The notes beneath the pieces were generated by a model. It saw only the letters and a program-made list of their open reading frames with translations, had not been told where the DNA came from and did no database searches. Position numbers and translations under genes: made by a program. 28,500 nucleotides of DNA from a virus (taxonomy: Duplodnaviria; Caudoviricetes): the IMG/VR virus record IMGVR_UViG_3300042229_000079, positions 1 to 28,500 of that record. One strand, written 5' to 3'. This document shows, in pieces, positions 1 through 8,681 of the stretch. The first letter of the stretch is position 1. Each line of letters begins with the position of its first letter.

Positions 1-125
1 GTTCGGAAAGCTCAAAGACTGGCGCAGGGTGGCGACCCGATATGACCGATGCGCGCACACCTTCTTTTCAGCGATCTGTATCGCCGCTACCGTCATATTT
101 TACCTCAATTAATGAGTCCTGAGCC
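1..125 (+). mobile_element. Right end of an IS5-family (IS427-like) insertion sequence
   Basis: Transposase C-terminus, then the terminal sequence TTAATGAGTCCTGAGCC (109-125) and a TA/TAA target-like sequence (126-128). The phage reading frame begins directly after it. Confidence 0.8.
2..112 (+). CDS. IS5-family transposase, C-terminal fragment (5' part outside the window)
   Basis: Frame from position 2 reads FGKLKDWRRVATRYDRCAHTFFSAICIAATVIFYLN*, the characteristic IS5/IS427 'LKxWRRVATRYD' tail. Confidence 0.88.
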   Translation, partial: FGKLKDWRRVATRYDRCAHTFFSAICIAATVIFYLN

Positions 126-1119
126 TAATCACCCAGGGGCCGGTGATTGCGTCCGCCTCCATCGGCATGGTGTATTCAGACAGCACGTTTGGAATCTGCC
201 CATAACCTGTCACGGCACCGACCCACTTTCCATCCTTCTTGGCAACGAAGCTGATATCAGCCTTGTTCCGAATGAAATCTGAGAAGGTTGCGTTTGTGTA
301 CGAGGCCGCGAGTGGCCTGTCAAAATAGACAATACGCCCCGATATTTCCGCAACTATATATGGGCTGGCCGTCCCGTTATAAACAACGACCGCGCGCCCC
401 TCGGCCAGCGAGCCCGTAAACTGTGCAAACGAATTGCCAGCTTGCCCGGTTATCGTGCCGTACATTTTGCTTGGGGCAAGCAGCTCGCCGCCGCGTGCAA
501 ACACCCCACTGGGATTTTGGGCCGATGCAATCACGCTACTGGCTGTAGCGTGATCCGTGCTGTAGCTGTGCAGGAATAGATAGGACGTACCGTTATCGGT
601 GCAAGCGTAAGATACGGATAACCCGCCGCCATCGGTGCCGGTCGCGGAGTAGACGGTGCCTGCCCTTGTGAAGGACAGCCCGTTGCTACTCGTCGCGAGT
701 CCGATGCTCGCACCCGGCCCGGAAGTTCCACGCTCAAGGTAATAGATCCGGTACACAGATCCATCATAAGTGACGGTAGCTGGCCCGATCCCGTTTGGCT
801 CACCGGCACCGCTTACCAGAACGGCGCCGTCATCGACATAAGCCGCGCCGCCGGTTGATGTCCATCGTCTTACCTCGGACCACTTCCCGCCGATGTGAAC
901 GCTTGCGAACACATGGACGCGGTTGCCGACCCGGATCGCGGAAGGCCAAGCTACATGGTCCTGCGTGGTGCCGGTGACAGGCCGGATAGGGTTGCCGTCC
1001 TTGGTGAATTCGAAAACCCGGTATCGGCCATCAACCCCGTATGTGTTAGCCACATACCCGTCAGCGAAAGCCGCCCAACTCCAAAGCAGGAGAGCAAGTG
1101 CTATAAAGACATTTTTCAT
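109..1119 (-). CDS. Secreted beta-propeller / glycoside-hydrolase-like protein, C-terminus truncated by the IS
   Basis: 336 aa; Sec signal MKNVFIALALLLWSWAAFA-D; blade-like motifs (WPSAIRVGNRVHVF, PATVTYDGSVYRIYY, IGLATSSNGLSF); SD-like GAGG upstream; last residues RLRTH* are encoded by the IS end. Confidence 0.6.
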   Translation of the reverse strand: MKNVFIALALLLWSWAAFADGYVANTYGVDGRYRVFEFTKDGNPIRPVTGTTQDHVAWPSAIRVGNRVHVFASVHIGGKWSEVRRWTSTGGAAYVDDGAVLVSGAGEPNGIGPATVTYDGSVYRIYYLERGTSGPGASIGLATSSNGLSFTRAGTVYSATGTDGGGLSVSYACTDNGTSYLFLHSYSTDHATASSVIASAQNPSGVFARGGELLAPSKMYGTITGQAGNSFAQFTGSLAEGRAVVVYNGTASPYIVAEISGRIVYFDRPLAASYTNATFSDFIRNKADISFVAKKDGKWVGAVTGYGQIPNVLSEYTMPMEADAITGPWVIRLRTH

Positions 1120-1136
1120 TCTCGGTAATCCTCTTT

Positions 1137-2627
1137 TTATTCGCCAAGAAAATGGACATCTAGCGAGATTCCCATGTTTTGCGCAGAGCCCTGATTGTGG
1201 CGAAAAAACACGGCAATCCTATCGCCCTCATGAAGCTTGGCAATGCCGGTAGCAGACACCGCCTGATTGCCGCCCAGCCCCGATGTTGATACGTCTGTTG
1301 TTTGCGACGCTATCGAAAAAATTGCGACGTCCGACTCGTTCACTTTAGAAATCGAGACATTGAAACCGTAGTTACTCCCGGCCGGCATCAAAACGCCCAT
1401 ATTTGCAGTGCAATTATAGTAGCCCGTGGTTCCGATGGTAATGATCCCGCTTGCTTCGGTCGCGCCTGGCAAATTATTTTCCTTTCCCGCAAACGACGTA
1501 AGCCTCGTCTGCACGTTATTCGGGATCGAGATTAATACCGGGTCGCCGTGAAAGCCGAGGTACTTTCTTTTCAGACCGGCAGTGATGCCGTCACCTATGA
1601 TAGATGCCCACGGCCCCCATACACCTGAATTCCGCCCTCGCATTAACCAGCCTTGCGCTTGCGCGGATGAGTTGGTGTAAGGGATAGCAATCTGCGTAAT
1701 ATTGCTTGCACCGGCGTACATAAGTGACCAGCAGTGGAAGTAGTTTGTCCCCCCAGGCCCGCCAACCGCGTCACCTTTTAAGAGAGTTGGGAAGAGCCCC
1801 CAGCTGTTACCTGCATCATCCCACCCGTTTTCGGGAATGTTGTCAGTCGTTGACGCCCCGCGCAGCCGCGCAGCGAGCTCCTTGGCGGAAACCGCCTTCA
1901 CCGGACTTGATCCGGCATTGATCTCTCCGTTCGAAGCCATGAGTTCGACGTAGGAGCCGCCCTGTTTTATGTAGACCTTGCCATCGGGCAGGCCGACGCC
2001 ATGGCCATCCTTCGGCGTGATCATCGCCCAACCGGCAGCAGTGTACTCTGTCAGCTTGCCATCGTTCCCGTCCCAGGAGCCGGTTGCGCCCGTGGCAATC
2101 ACATAGGTATCGCCGATCGCCGGCGCGACTGGAGGCGCGGTCAGCGAGATCGATTTGACCGGTATCCAGGGCGTGACGGTAAGCCGCTGCAGAGCGACCA
2201 TCATCGACGGATCGACAACGATCGTCACATTGGCGATGTCCGAAAACGCGACTTCAAGGCGAATATTGCCCGATACCGTCTGCCCCGACGCGGGCAACGG
2301 CTTGTTGATTGCCGGGTTGTAATGGGCAATCGCGATCAGATCGCCGTCGCTGTCGATCAGCCCGCTTTCCCTGATCGTGTAAGGCCCGTCTTCGGCCGCA
2401 AGGAATGCGTCGAAATAAGCGACGTTCGACGCGCCGACCACGGTCCCGCTGCCGCTGATCGTCTTGCGGTCGACCTCATCATAAAGCGCGGTTTCCCCGC
2501 CGCTCGGAACCGTGACGCCTTCGCCGATCGCTATGTGCGTGATCTCGATGGTCGTGGCGTTGGCCAAGGCCGCGGCTTCCTTGGCGCGGCCCAGATTGGT
2601 CATGATGGCGAAGGAAGATTGAACCAT
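1137..2627 (-). CDS. Tail fibre protein (P2 gpH-like N-terminus, DUF2793-like domain, knob-like and C-terminal beta-sandwich receptor-binding regions)
   Basis: N-terminal 'MTNLGRAKEAAALAN...ITHIAIGEG...GPYTIRESGL' is gpH-like; 'TAPPVAPAIGDTYVIATGATGSW' is DUF2793-like; lies directly after gpI. Confidence 0.88.
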   Translation of the reverse strand: MVQSSFAIMTNLGRAKEAAALANATTIEITHIAIGEGVTVPSGGETALYDEVDRKTISGSGTVVGASNVAYFDAFLAAEDGPYTIRESGLIDSDGDLIAIAHYNPAINKPLPASGQTVSGNIRLEVAFSDIANVTIVVDPSMMVALQRLTVTPWIPVKSISLTAPPVAPAIGDTYVIATGATGSWDGNDGKLTEYTAAGWAMITPKDGHGVGLPDGKVYIKQGGSYVELMASNGEINAGSSPVKAVSAKELAARLRGASTTDNIPENGWDDAGNSWGLFPTLLKGDAVGGPGGTNYFHCWSLMYAGASNITQIAIPYTNSSAQAQGWLMRGRNSGVWGPWASIIGDGITAGLKRKYLGFHGDPVLISIPNNVQTRLTSFAGKENNLPGATEASGIITIGTTGYYNCTANMGVLMPAGSNYGFNVSISKVNESDVAIFSIASQTTDVSTSGLGGNQAVSATGIAKLHEGDRIAVFFRHNQGSAQNMGISLDVHFLGE

Positions 2628-2630
2628 TTT

Positions 2631-3260
2631 TTACACCTTGCGATGGGCTGTTGCGTTAAAGAGTGTCGCTGCGGTGGCCCCGAGATAGGACGAGGCGCGG
2701 ATCGTCGAACCGCCGAACTCGTAGGGATGAGCGACCGCCGTAATCGACATCTGGCTGGTCGCGCCGACATAGAGCGGGCCACGCGCTCTCAGAACCGCGA
2801 CAGTCGTGAAGACGCGGCTTTTGGGCTTTGCGGCGGCAACGGACTGGATGGCGAAGCCATGGGTCTGGACATCAAAAACCGGGCCGCCGTCCTGATAGAT
2901 GATCTCGACCCTGAACGTGCCGCGTCGGCCGCCATCCTGCCACCACTCGATGATCCGCGTTTCGAGTTCGAATGCGGCTAAAGCCCGGCGCACCGCGCCG
3001 AGCGTGCCCTTGACCCGGTGGACCGCAGGCGACGCGGCGACAACCGCACGTTTTCGTGCTTCGCTCCAGTCGTTCGACCAGACATCAACAGAGACCGCCC
3101 AGGCAAGGAACGGCAGAAGCTCGGACGGACAGCGCCACGGGTCCCACAGATCCTGGATAGAGATGCCGACGCCATCGGCGCGGACGGTGTCCACATCGGA
3201 CAGGACGCGCTGAAGCCGGGTCGAATTGGCCGGGAGCTCGGTTACGGAATTGCGCGCCAC
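2631..3260 (-). CDS. Baseplate/tail protein I (P2 gpI-like)
   Basis: 'LWDPWRCPSELLPFLAWAVSVDVW...HRVKGTLGAVRRAL...IEWWQ' motifs. Confidence 0.92.
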   Translation of the reverse strand: MARNSVTELPANSTRLQRVLSDVDTVRADGVGISIQDLWDPWRCPSELLPFLAWAVSVDVWSNDWSEARKRAVVAASPAVHRVKGTLGAVRRALAAFELETRIIEWWQDGGRRGTFRVEIIYQDGGPVFDVQTHGFAIQSVAAAKPKSRVFTTVAVLRARGPLYVGATSQMSITAVAHPYEFGGSTIRASSYLGATAATLFNATAHRKV

Positions 3261-4201
3261 GTGTCCGCTCCTTCCTCGACCGTGATGGTGATGCCGGTGC
3301 AGGTGGCCGCTCCCTTGGAGCCCCGGTCGATGTCGGCCGCAGGCGCGGTCAATTCGATCTCGGTGACATCGGTGACCCGGAGCGCGCCGCCAAGACCCAG
3401 CCGCTGGACGATTGTCCCGATGCGCCGGCGCGCGGCGACATAGGCTTCGACCTGTTTGCGGGCTTCAGCTGCAACCGGTTGCGGATCGGCGCCCGGTGCA
3501 ATCCTGATCGTGGCCTCGACTTCGTATTCGTGATCGTCGGCCAGTTCCACTGTGACCTTGTCGCCAAGCGGACGGACGTTTTCGGCCGTGACCGCCGCAT
3601 AAACGCGGTCGATCAGAGCCGGTCCGCTTCCCGCATAGGCAAGGCGGGGAAGGATTACGACGAGGATCTCCGGAGCCAGGACCGGATCGTTGTTGGCATA
3701 GACCGCGCCGTCTTCCTCGGAATAGGCGGCGGCGTCGGCCACATCGCCGGTCCCGTCAAGTTCGAGGGCGTGAAACACATAAGCCCCTTCCGGTCCGGCA
3801 GTCGAGAATGCTTCCGGTGCGAGGACGATCCGGTTCTTGAAAGTCTGATCGGCCTCCATGATCGGGTCACCGGTTTCTTCATCCGTGCCGACAACCAGGC
3901 GCGAGATCCCGTAATAGGTCGCCGCGATCTGGTCGAGGTAGCTGCCCCAGGAAGAGGCAAGCATGACGGCGCGGACCTGGTCGTTGATTTCCGCCCTGAT
4001 CCCGACCTCGCGATCGGCTCCCAGGATCTGATCGATCTTGACCGGATCGCTGTCGAGCATGTCGACGTCATAGGAGATGCCCGCTGCGTCAGCCTTTGTC
4101 CGGAAACTCTCCATGCGCTGGTCGACAATGGATTGATGATCCGGTTCGACCAGCGGAAGTCTGGGCAGGCGTGCGAGATCGGGGGCGATGAAACGGCTCA
4201 T
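3242..4201 (-). CDS. Baseplate wedge protein J (P2 gpJ-like)
   Basis: 'LAPEAFSTAGPEGAYVFHAL' and 'VRPLGDKVTV' motifs. Confidence 0.92.
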   Translation of the reverse strand: MSRFIAPDLARLPRLPLVEPDHQSIVDQRMESFRTKADAAGISYDVDMLDSDPVKIDQILGADREVGIRAEINDQVRAVMLASSWGSYLDQIAATYYGISRLVVGTDEETGDPIMEADQTFKNRIVLAPEAFSTAGPEGAYVFHALELDGTGDVADAAAYSEEDGAVYANNDPVLAPEILVVILPRLAYAGSGPALIDRVYAAVTAENVRPLGDKVTVELADDHEYEVEATIRIAPGADPQPVAAEARKQVEAYVAARRRIGTIVQRLGLGGALRVTDVTEIELTAPAADIDRGSKGAATCTGITITVEEGADTWRAIP

Positions 4202-4608
4202 GCGGCAATCACCTCGATACGGCCAGGACCCGATACCGGTTCCGGAAAGGCAATGATGTCAGCGGTCTTCATCTCGGCGTCATCAAAAATGCCGAGATGG
4301 CCACGCGGATAGAAAATGCCTGACAACATGAACGAGAACGCACCATCACGGCCGCCCTTGACCATCTCGATTGTTTCAAGCTTGAAGCCGGGCTCAAACT
4401 GGTCAATCGCTTCGGCGACTGCACGATAAAGCGAAATCAGCGTGATGGCCGATGCGTTCTGATCCTGAATGGACCAGATATCCGCGCCGAACAGCCGCCG
4501 CCATTTGAGTGCGCCGACATGCGTGGTCAGAATGACCCGGACCGACTGGACGCAATGCGCCCAGCCGGTCAATGGCTTGCCTGTCTGTGCGTCCACACCG
4601 CTTCTCAT
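4198..4608 (-). CDS. Baseplate protein W / gp25-like
   Basis: 'GVDAQTGKPLTGWAHCVQSVRVILTT...RRLFG...EP...IFYPRGH' motifs. Confidence 0.9.
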   Translation of the reverse strand: MRSGVDAQTGKPLTGWAHCVQSVRVILTTHVGALKWRRLFGADIWSIQDQNASAITLISLYRAVAEAIDQFEPGFKLETIEMVKGGRDGAFSFMLSGIFYPRGHLGIFDDAEMKTADIIAFPEPVSGPGRIEVIAA

Positions 4609-4638
4609 GAGTGGTTCAAACCTCCTTTGAAGGCCGTT

Positions 4639-4866
4639 CTAGACGGCTTCGATTTCGCCGTTGCGTTGGGGGTGTTCAGCCTGCGCATCGCCAAGCCAGA
4701 GCGTCTTGCCCTTGGCGGGCGAGCGCTGGCCCGCGACGAAGGCACCCGCGTGATCGGTGACGCGGTATTCGCGTCTGCCTTGCTTGTCGCGTTTGATTTT
4801 CGGCTCCTCTGCGGCGCGTTTGGGCGCGTCTGTCTCGCCATTGTTGCCGGTTGCTGGTTTGGTCAT
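4639..4866 (-). CDS. Small hypothetical virion-region protein (75 aa)
   Basis: Strong SD (AGGAAAGGA) before the ATG at 4866; fills the gap between V and W. Confidence 0.65.
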   Translation of the reverse strand: MTKPATGNNGETDAPKRAAEEPKIKRDKQGRREYRVTDHAGAFVAGQRSPAKGKTLWLGDAQAEHPQRNGEIEAV

Positions 4867-4880
4867 CCTGTTTCCTTTCC

Positions 4881-5435
4881 TCATGCAAACACCTCATCCG
4901 CGCCGCCGACGGCCTCGTCAAACCCGCTGTCGAGATCGGTGACCCGATGAACTTTCTTCGAACCGTTATTGAGCCGGGTCTTGCCATGGGTGACGATTTC
5001 ACCGGCGGTGATGTCGACGCGGCAACCGCCTACGGCGAGCGAAATCTTTCCCGGCGTCACGGTGATCGTGGCGTCGCCGTGTTTCCAGACCTTGGCCTTG
5101 CCCTCTCCCGGTGTCGGGTTGTCGTCGGTATGACCGACATCCATGGCGACGCTCGCCGGACCGATCACACCGCCGGGCGACAAGAGCCGCATGGGCTGGC
5201 CGACCTGGCGCTGGGTGTAGGAGGAGTAGCCACCGACGCCGTCGCCGGCTTCTTCCTGGACACGCACCCAGGGCGACAGGAACGGCTGGCCGCCATTCTG
5301 TGCCGGTTCGAGTTCGAGCCGCACCCGGCTGCCGTCCACGTCGGCTACCCGTCCGTCGACGACGACATGGGCCAATGCCGTCCGCAGGCCGGCGATTTCC
5401 TTGCGCATCATTGAAATCTCGCTGGCGTCGCTCAT
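4881..5435 (-). CDS. Baseplate spike protein V (gpV-like)
   Basis: OB-fold motifs 'GRVADVD...LSPWV...VGQPMRLLSPGG', followed by beta-helix repeats. Confidence 0.88.
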   Translation of the reverse strand: MSDASEISMMRKEIAGLRTALAHVVVDGRVADVDGSRVRLELEPAQNGGQPFLSPWVRVQEEAGDGVGGYSSYTQRQVGQPMRLLSPGGVIGPASVAMDVGHTDDNPTPGEGKAKVWKHGDATITVTPGKISLAVGGCRVDITAGEIVTHGKTRLNNGSKKVHRVTDLDSGFDEAVGGADEVFA

Positions 5436-5959
5436 GGCTGGCCTTCCGGATCTTCCATCAGGTTTTCGTCGTTCACGTACAGCGCGGTGACCACGTTTCC
5501 GGCGTCGTCATAGATGTTGGTGCCGATCTCCCGGAGCCTGGTTGTCCAGGTCACCGCCACGAGCGAGACGCCGCGTGAGCGGATCGCAGCCGACATGACC
5601 GGTTCAAGCGAGACCTTCTCGGCCATGCCCACCTTGGCGAGACCCCAGTGATTTCCCGATCCCATAAGGGTGAGAACCGCTTCAGCAATGACCAGGGCCT
5701 TTGCGTCACGTTCGTCTTCGCGACCCTCTGTGACGATGAAGGCGGCGCAGTTGGCCTGAAGCGTCACCTGTCCGGTGGCTTCCAGACTGACCGGGGACTT
5801 GAGCACAGCGACCAGAACAGCCGGCGCTCTGATCGAGCGTTCTGACAGCGCATCAAGATTGAAGCGCCCGCCCAGTGCCCGGCATTCCCTGAGCTCCGGC
5901 AGAAGTGCTGAAATCTTGCCGACAACGGCCGCCTTGAAGGCTTCGATCCGCCCGGTCAT
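5432..5959 (-). CDS. Tail completion/terminator protein (Mu gp37-like)
   Basis: Position between G and V; 'GGRFNL...APAVLVA' motif; ATGA overlaps at both ends. Confidence 0.65.
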   Translation of the reverse strand: MTGRIEAFKAAVVGKISALLPELRECRALGGRFNLDALSERSIRAPAVLVAVLKSPVSLEATGQVTLQANCAAFIVTEGREDERDAKALVIAEAVLTLMGSGNHWGLAKVGMAEKVSLEPVMSAAIRSRGVSLVAVTWTTRLREIGTNIYDDAGNVVTALYVNDENLMEDPEGQP

Positions 5960-6447
5960 TGCAGGGTCCCTCCGGCTGCTGCGGCGATCGTGTCGACAAT
6001 CATGTCGAATATGTCGGTCTGATCCTGACCGGAGAGACCGAGATAGGGCCGCGCCGGGATATCCGCCTTCATGGCGAAGACAAGCTGATTGCCGACCATG
6101 AATGCAAGCTTCCTGGCATTGACCGGCTTGATGGTTCCGCCAAGCTGGTGGATCGCCGCGTAGACAAGAGCCGAGCCGATTTCGACGGAGCCGGACCCGG
6201 TCCGGTAATCGATGGAGGCGGCAAGATTGCCGGATTGATAGAGCGTCGACGTGCCGGCCTGATTGGGCTTCCAGCTTGCGCCATCGGGCGAAGTCTTGGT
6301 GACCTCGATACGCTCCCGAGTGCTTTCTTGCAGAAGCCGCCCGATCGCATCAAGCAACTCGCCCTGGTCAAGAGTTTCGATACCTTCAATCGCCTGGATT
6401 GCCTGATCGAAACCTTCGTCTCTGATCTGGATGCCGACGCCGCTCAT
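5956..6447 (-). CDS. Virion morphogenesis protein (Mu gpG / P2 gpS-like)
   Basis: 'SPDGASWKP...LYQSGNL...YAAIHQLGG...IPARPYLGLS' motifs. Confidence 0.92.
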   Translation of the reverse strand: MSGVGIQIRDEGFDQAIQAIEGIETLDQGELLDAIGRLLQESTRERIEVTKTSPDGASWKPNQAGTSTLYQSGNLAASIDYRTGSGSVEIGSALVYAAIHQLGGTIKPVNARKLAFMVGNQLVFAMKADIPARPYLGLSGQDQTDIFDMIVDTIAAAAGGTLQ

Positions 6448-6869
6448 TCTGCCCGCCCCCGGCCAAAACGCCTCGGCTCGGCCGAGAAGGCCGAACCGCC
6501 GGTGGAACCTTGACCCGCACCGCCATCGATCCTGGGCTCGTCACGGCCGAGACCGGCCTTGCCCTGCGCCATCAGCTTCAGATAGTCGATCGCCTGCTTG
6601 TAGCGCTCGACCATTGTTTCGGTGAGCCGTGAATGCCGGTTGGCAAGGACGTAAGCGGCAATGTCGATTGCCGGCCGCTTGAGCACTTCAGGCTGGCCAG
6701 TCAGCGGCAGGGTGTAACGAGCCGACAGGTAGCCGTCGATCTCGGCCGAAGCATTGCCGAGCGCCGCCGCGATCGCCTGATCCACATCGGCAATATCGGA
6801 CGGCAAAAGGTCGGCGATGAATTCGCCGCCATAGATGGTCTCGATGTCCGCTTTTGTCGCGTAGGCCAT
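6444..6869 (-). CDS. Mu gp36-like head-tail adaptor (DUF1320)
   Basis: 'MAYATKADI...ASAEIDGYLSARYTLPL...DIAAY...RYKQAIDYL' motifs. Confidence 0.92.
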   Translation of the reverse strand: MAYATKADIETIYGGEFIADLLPSDIADVDQAIAAALGNASAEIDGYLSARYTLPLTGQPEVLKRPAIDIAAYVLANRHSRLTETMVERYKQAIDYLKLMAQGKAGLGRDEPRIDGGAGQGSTGGSAFSAEPRRFGRGRAE

Positions 6870-6890
6870 TGTGGATCCGCTTGATTGGTG

Positions 6891-6918
6891 GGGCGGCGGG
6901 CCGAATTGCCCGCCGCCC
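6891..6918. other. GC-rich hairpin (11-bp stem, 6-nt loop)
   Basis: GGGCGGCGGGC-cgaatt-GCCCGCCGCCC in the intergenic gap; no U-tract. Confidence 0.6.
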
Positions 6919-6937
6919 GGTCACACTCTCGGGGGGG

Positions 6938-7180
6938 TTATTCTTCGGTGTCCGCCATCTTGATCTGAAGTTCCGGATCTCCAGCCAGGGCTTTTTGCTG
7001 GGCATCGGAAAGATCAGCGACCGGGATGGTGACCGGAGACAGGCCGAACCGGTACCCGGCGCGGCGGCGGGGGCCACGGGCTGTCACGATAATTGCCGGA
7101 CCCACTTTCGCGTTTTCCGTCTCATTGCCTGCCGTCTTCCCGTCGGCGGGGTTCGCTGTTGCCGTTTGTGCCTTGGCCAT
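6938..7180 (-). CDS. HI1506-like small Mu-like phage protein (80 aa)
   Basis: 'RRRAGYRF...LSDAQQKALAGDPEL' motif; SD GAAGGAG before the ATG at 7180; typical position after the capsid gene. Confidence 0.75.
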   Translation of the reverse strand: MAKAQTATANPADGKTAGNETENAKVGPAIIVTARGPRRRAGYRFGLSPVTIPVADLSDAQQKALAGDPELQIKMADTEE

Positions 7181-7235
7181 CGGTGTCTCCTTCATGGTCT
7201 CGTTTCGGAAAGGCTGCGAAATCCGCAGCGCTTCT

Positions 7236-7271
7236 GAAAAGAGACCCGGCCGGATTGGATGCTCCGGCCGG
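7236..7271 (-). terminator. Putative intrinsic terminator/attenuator after the capsid gene
   Basis: 9-bp stem CCGGCCGGA (7246-7254)/TCCGGCCGG (7263-7271), followed on the minus strand by GTCTCTTTT. Confidence 0.55.
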
Positions 7272-7290
7272 ATTGCTCATTATCCGGCTG

Positions 7291-8196
7291 TCAGGACAGC
7301 CAGGGCGACATGAAGATGTCGGCCTTCTTGAAGTTCGGGTTGTCGGCGCCATTGGCCAGGCGCTGAACGCCGACCACTTCCTCGGCCTTGTTTTCAAGTG
7401 TTGGCGGCACCACCAGCAGATTGGGAACAATGTTGAGCGGACGGCCCTCGTCGCCCTTGAGCGAAGTCATGGCGAGACGCGCGGCTTCAAAATTGGCCTT
7501 CGTCAGTTCCGCTTTCGAGCCGAAAGCAAGCTGCCAGTAGGTGTAACCCGCAGCGCCGCGCGACCGTGTGCCGTAGAGGAACTCGTCCTTCATGAAGACG
7601 TGATCGGATTTGTCGGGATCGTCATGGACGATCAGCTCCGGTTTGACGCGCTCCTGGTAAACGATCGGCTTGATCGGTTTGGTGGTGCACAGCAGATACC
7701 AGGCGTCATTCGCACCGGCCTGCATGTTGGACACCGACTGCTCGACACCGCCAACGCGAACCGGATGATCGGTGTCGAAGAAGTTCTGACCGTCAAAGCA
7801 GGTATTGGCAAAGCCGGTTTTAAGAGCCGAGAACACCAGCTCGTCTGGATGCTCGGCGGCAGCCCCTGCAAGTCCCTTGACCGCCATGGAATAGGTGCCC
7901 AGCTGATCGTCTTCGATATGTTCGCGCTTGACGGCAATCGTGTCTTCGAACTTGCGGTTCTTGAGCGTGTAGGCTTCCTGCTCAAGCCGCTTGATCAGGC
8001 GCTCGTCGATCCACTCGCGCATGCCGGGGATCTGGTTGAGCCAGCTGTAGGTTTCGATCAGGGTGTTGGAGTTGACGCTTTCGGCGATCCTTTTCCAGCT
8101 CGGATCTGCGGAGCTGAAGACGCCGGCAAAGATGGCGCGGAAGCTGGTGGTCATGGCCAGCAGCTGATCGCGGGTGATGGACTTTCTGATGGGCAT
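7291..8196 (-). CDS. Major capsid protein (Mu gpT-like)
   Basis: 'ETYSWLNQIPGMREWI...NRKFEDTIAVKREHIEDD...CFDGQNFFDTDHPV...YWQLAFGSK' motifs. Confidence 0.96.
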   Translation of the reverse strand: MPIRKSITRDQLLAMTTSFRAIFAGVFSSADPSWKRIAESVNSNTLIETYSWLNQIPGMREWIDERLIKRLEQEAYTLKNRKFEDTIAVKREHIEDDQLGTYSMAVKGLAGAAAEHPDELVFSALKTGFANTCFDGQNFFDTDHPVRVGGVEQSVSNMQAGANDAWYLLCTTKPIKPIVYQERVKPELIVHDDPDKSDHVFMKDEFLYGTRSRGAAGYTYWQLAFGSKAELTKANFEAARLAMTSLKGDEGRPLNIVPNLLVVPPTLENKAEEVVGVQRLANGADNPNFKKADIFMSPWLS

Positions 8197-8233
8197 TGAA
8201 TTTTCCTCTGTTGGGCCTCAGGCGGCGCTTGGT

Positions 8234-8626
8234 TCAGTCAAACTCGACCCAGACACCGCCATCCGAGAGCGCGCGCACCTTGCCGGCCCGCGACAAGGAG
8301 CCGGTGTCATCGGTCTTGGCCACGGTGATGTCATCCTCGACAAAACAGTCCGAGCCGACATCGGCGGCGGCGATCGCATCGGTGGCGGAATTGGCGAGCA
8401 GGAAGCAGCCGAGTTTGGCCTTGACGTGCGTATCGCCGGCTGGCTGATCAGCGCTTTCCTCGGCGATGCCGACAGCGACCAGGCCGGCGCCGGCCGCACC
8501 GGCCTTTGCCGCGCCGGCATCGAGCACGACGATGACGCCGCGATTGATGACGGCGGCCGCCTTGAGCAGATGCGAGAAGGTTCGGCCTTCACGCTCGAAA
8601 GTGTTGCGTTCGCCATTTGAAGGCAT
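8234..8626 (-). CDS. Probable head decoration/cement protein
   Basis: Ala/Gly-rich 130 aa between I and T; 'CFVEDDITV...GVWVEF' motif; SD CGGAGA. Confidence 0.7.
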   Translation of the reverse strand: MPSNGERNTFEREGRTFSHLLKAAAVINRGVIVVLDAGAAKAGAAGAGLVAVGIAEESADQPAGDTHVKAKLGCFLLANSATDAIAAADVGSDCFVEDDITVAKTDDTGSLSRAGKVRALSDGGVWVEFD

Positions 8627-8681
8627 GGTCTATCTCCGTTGGTTGATCTGTCCTGGCGGTGTGCAGTCAGGCGGTGAGCAG

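Noticed and set aside
126-2627. Invertible G-segment or diversity-generating retroelement acting on the tail fibre
   Set aside because: No invertase, reverse transcriptase, flanking inverted repeats or template/variable repeat pair visible in the window.
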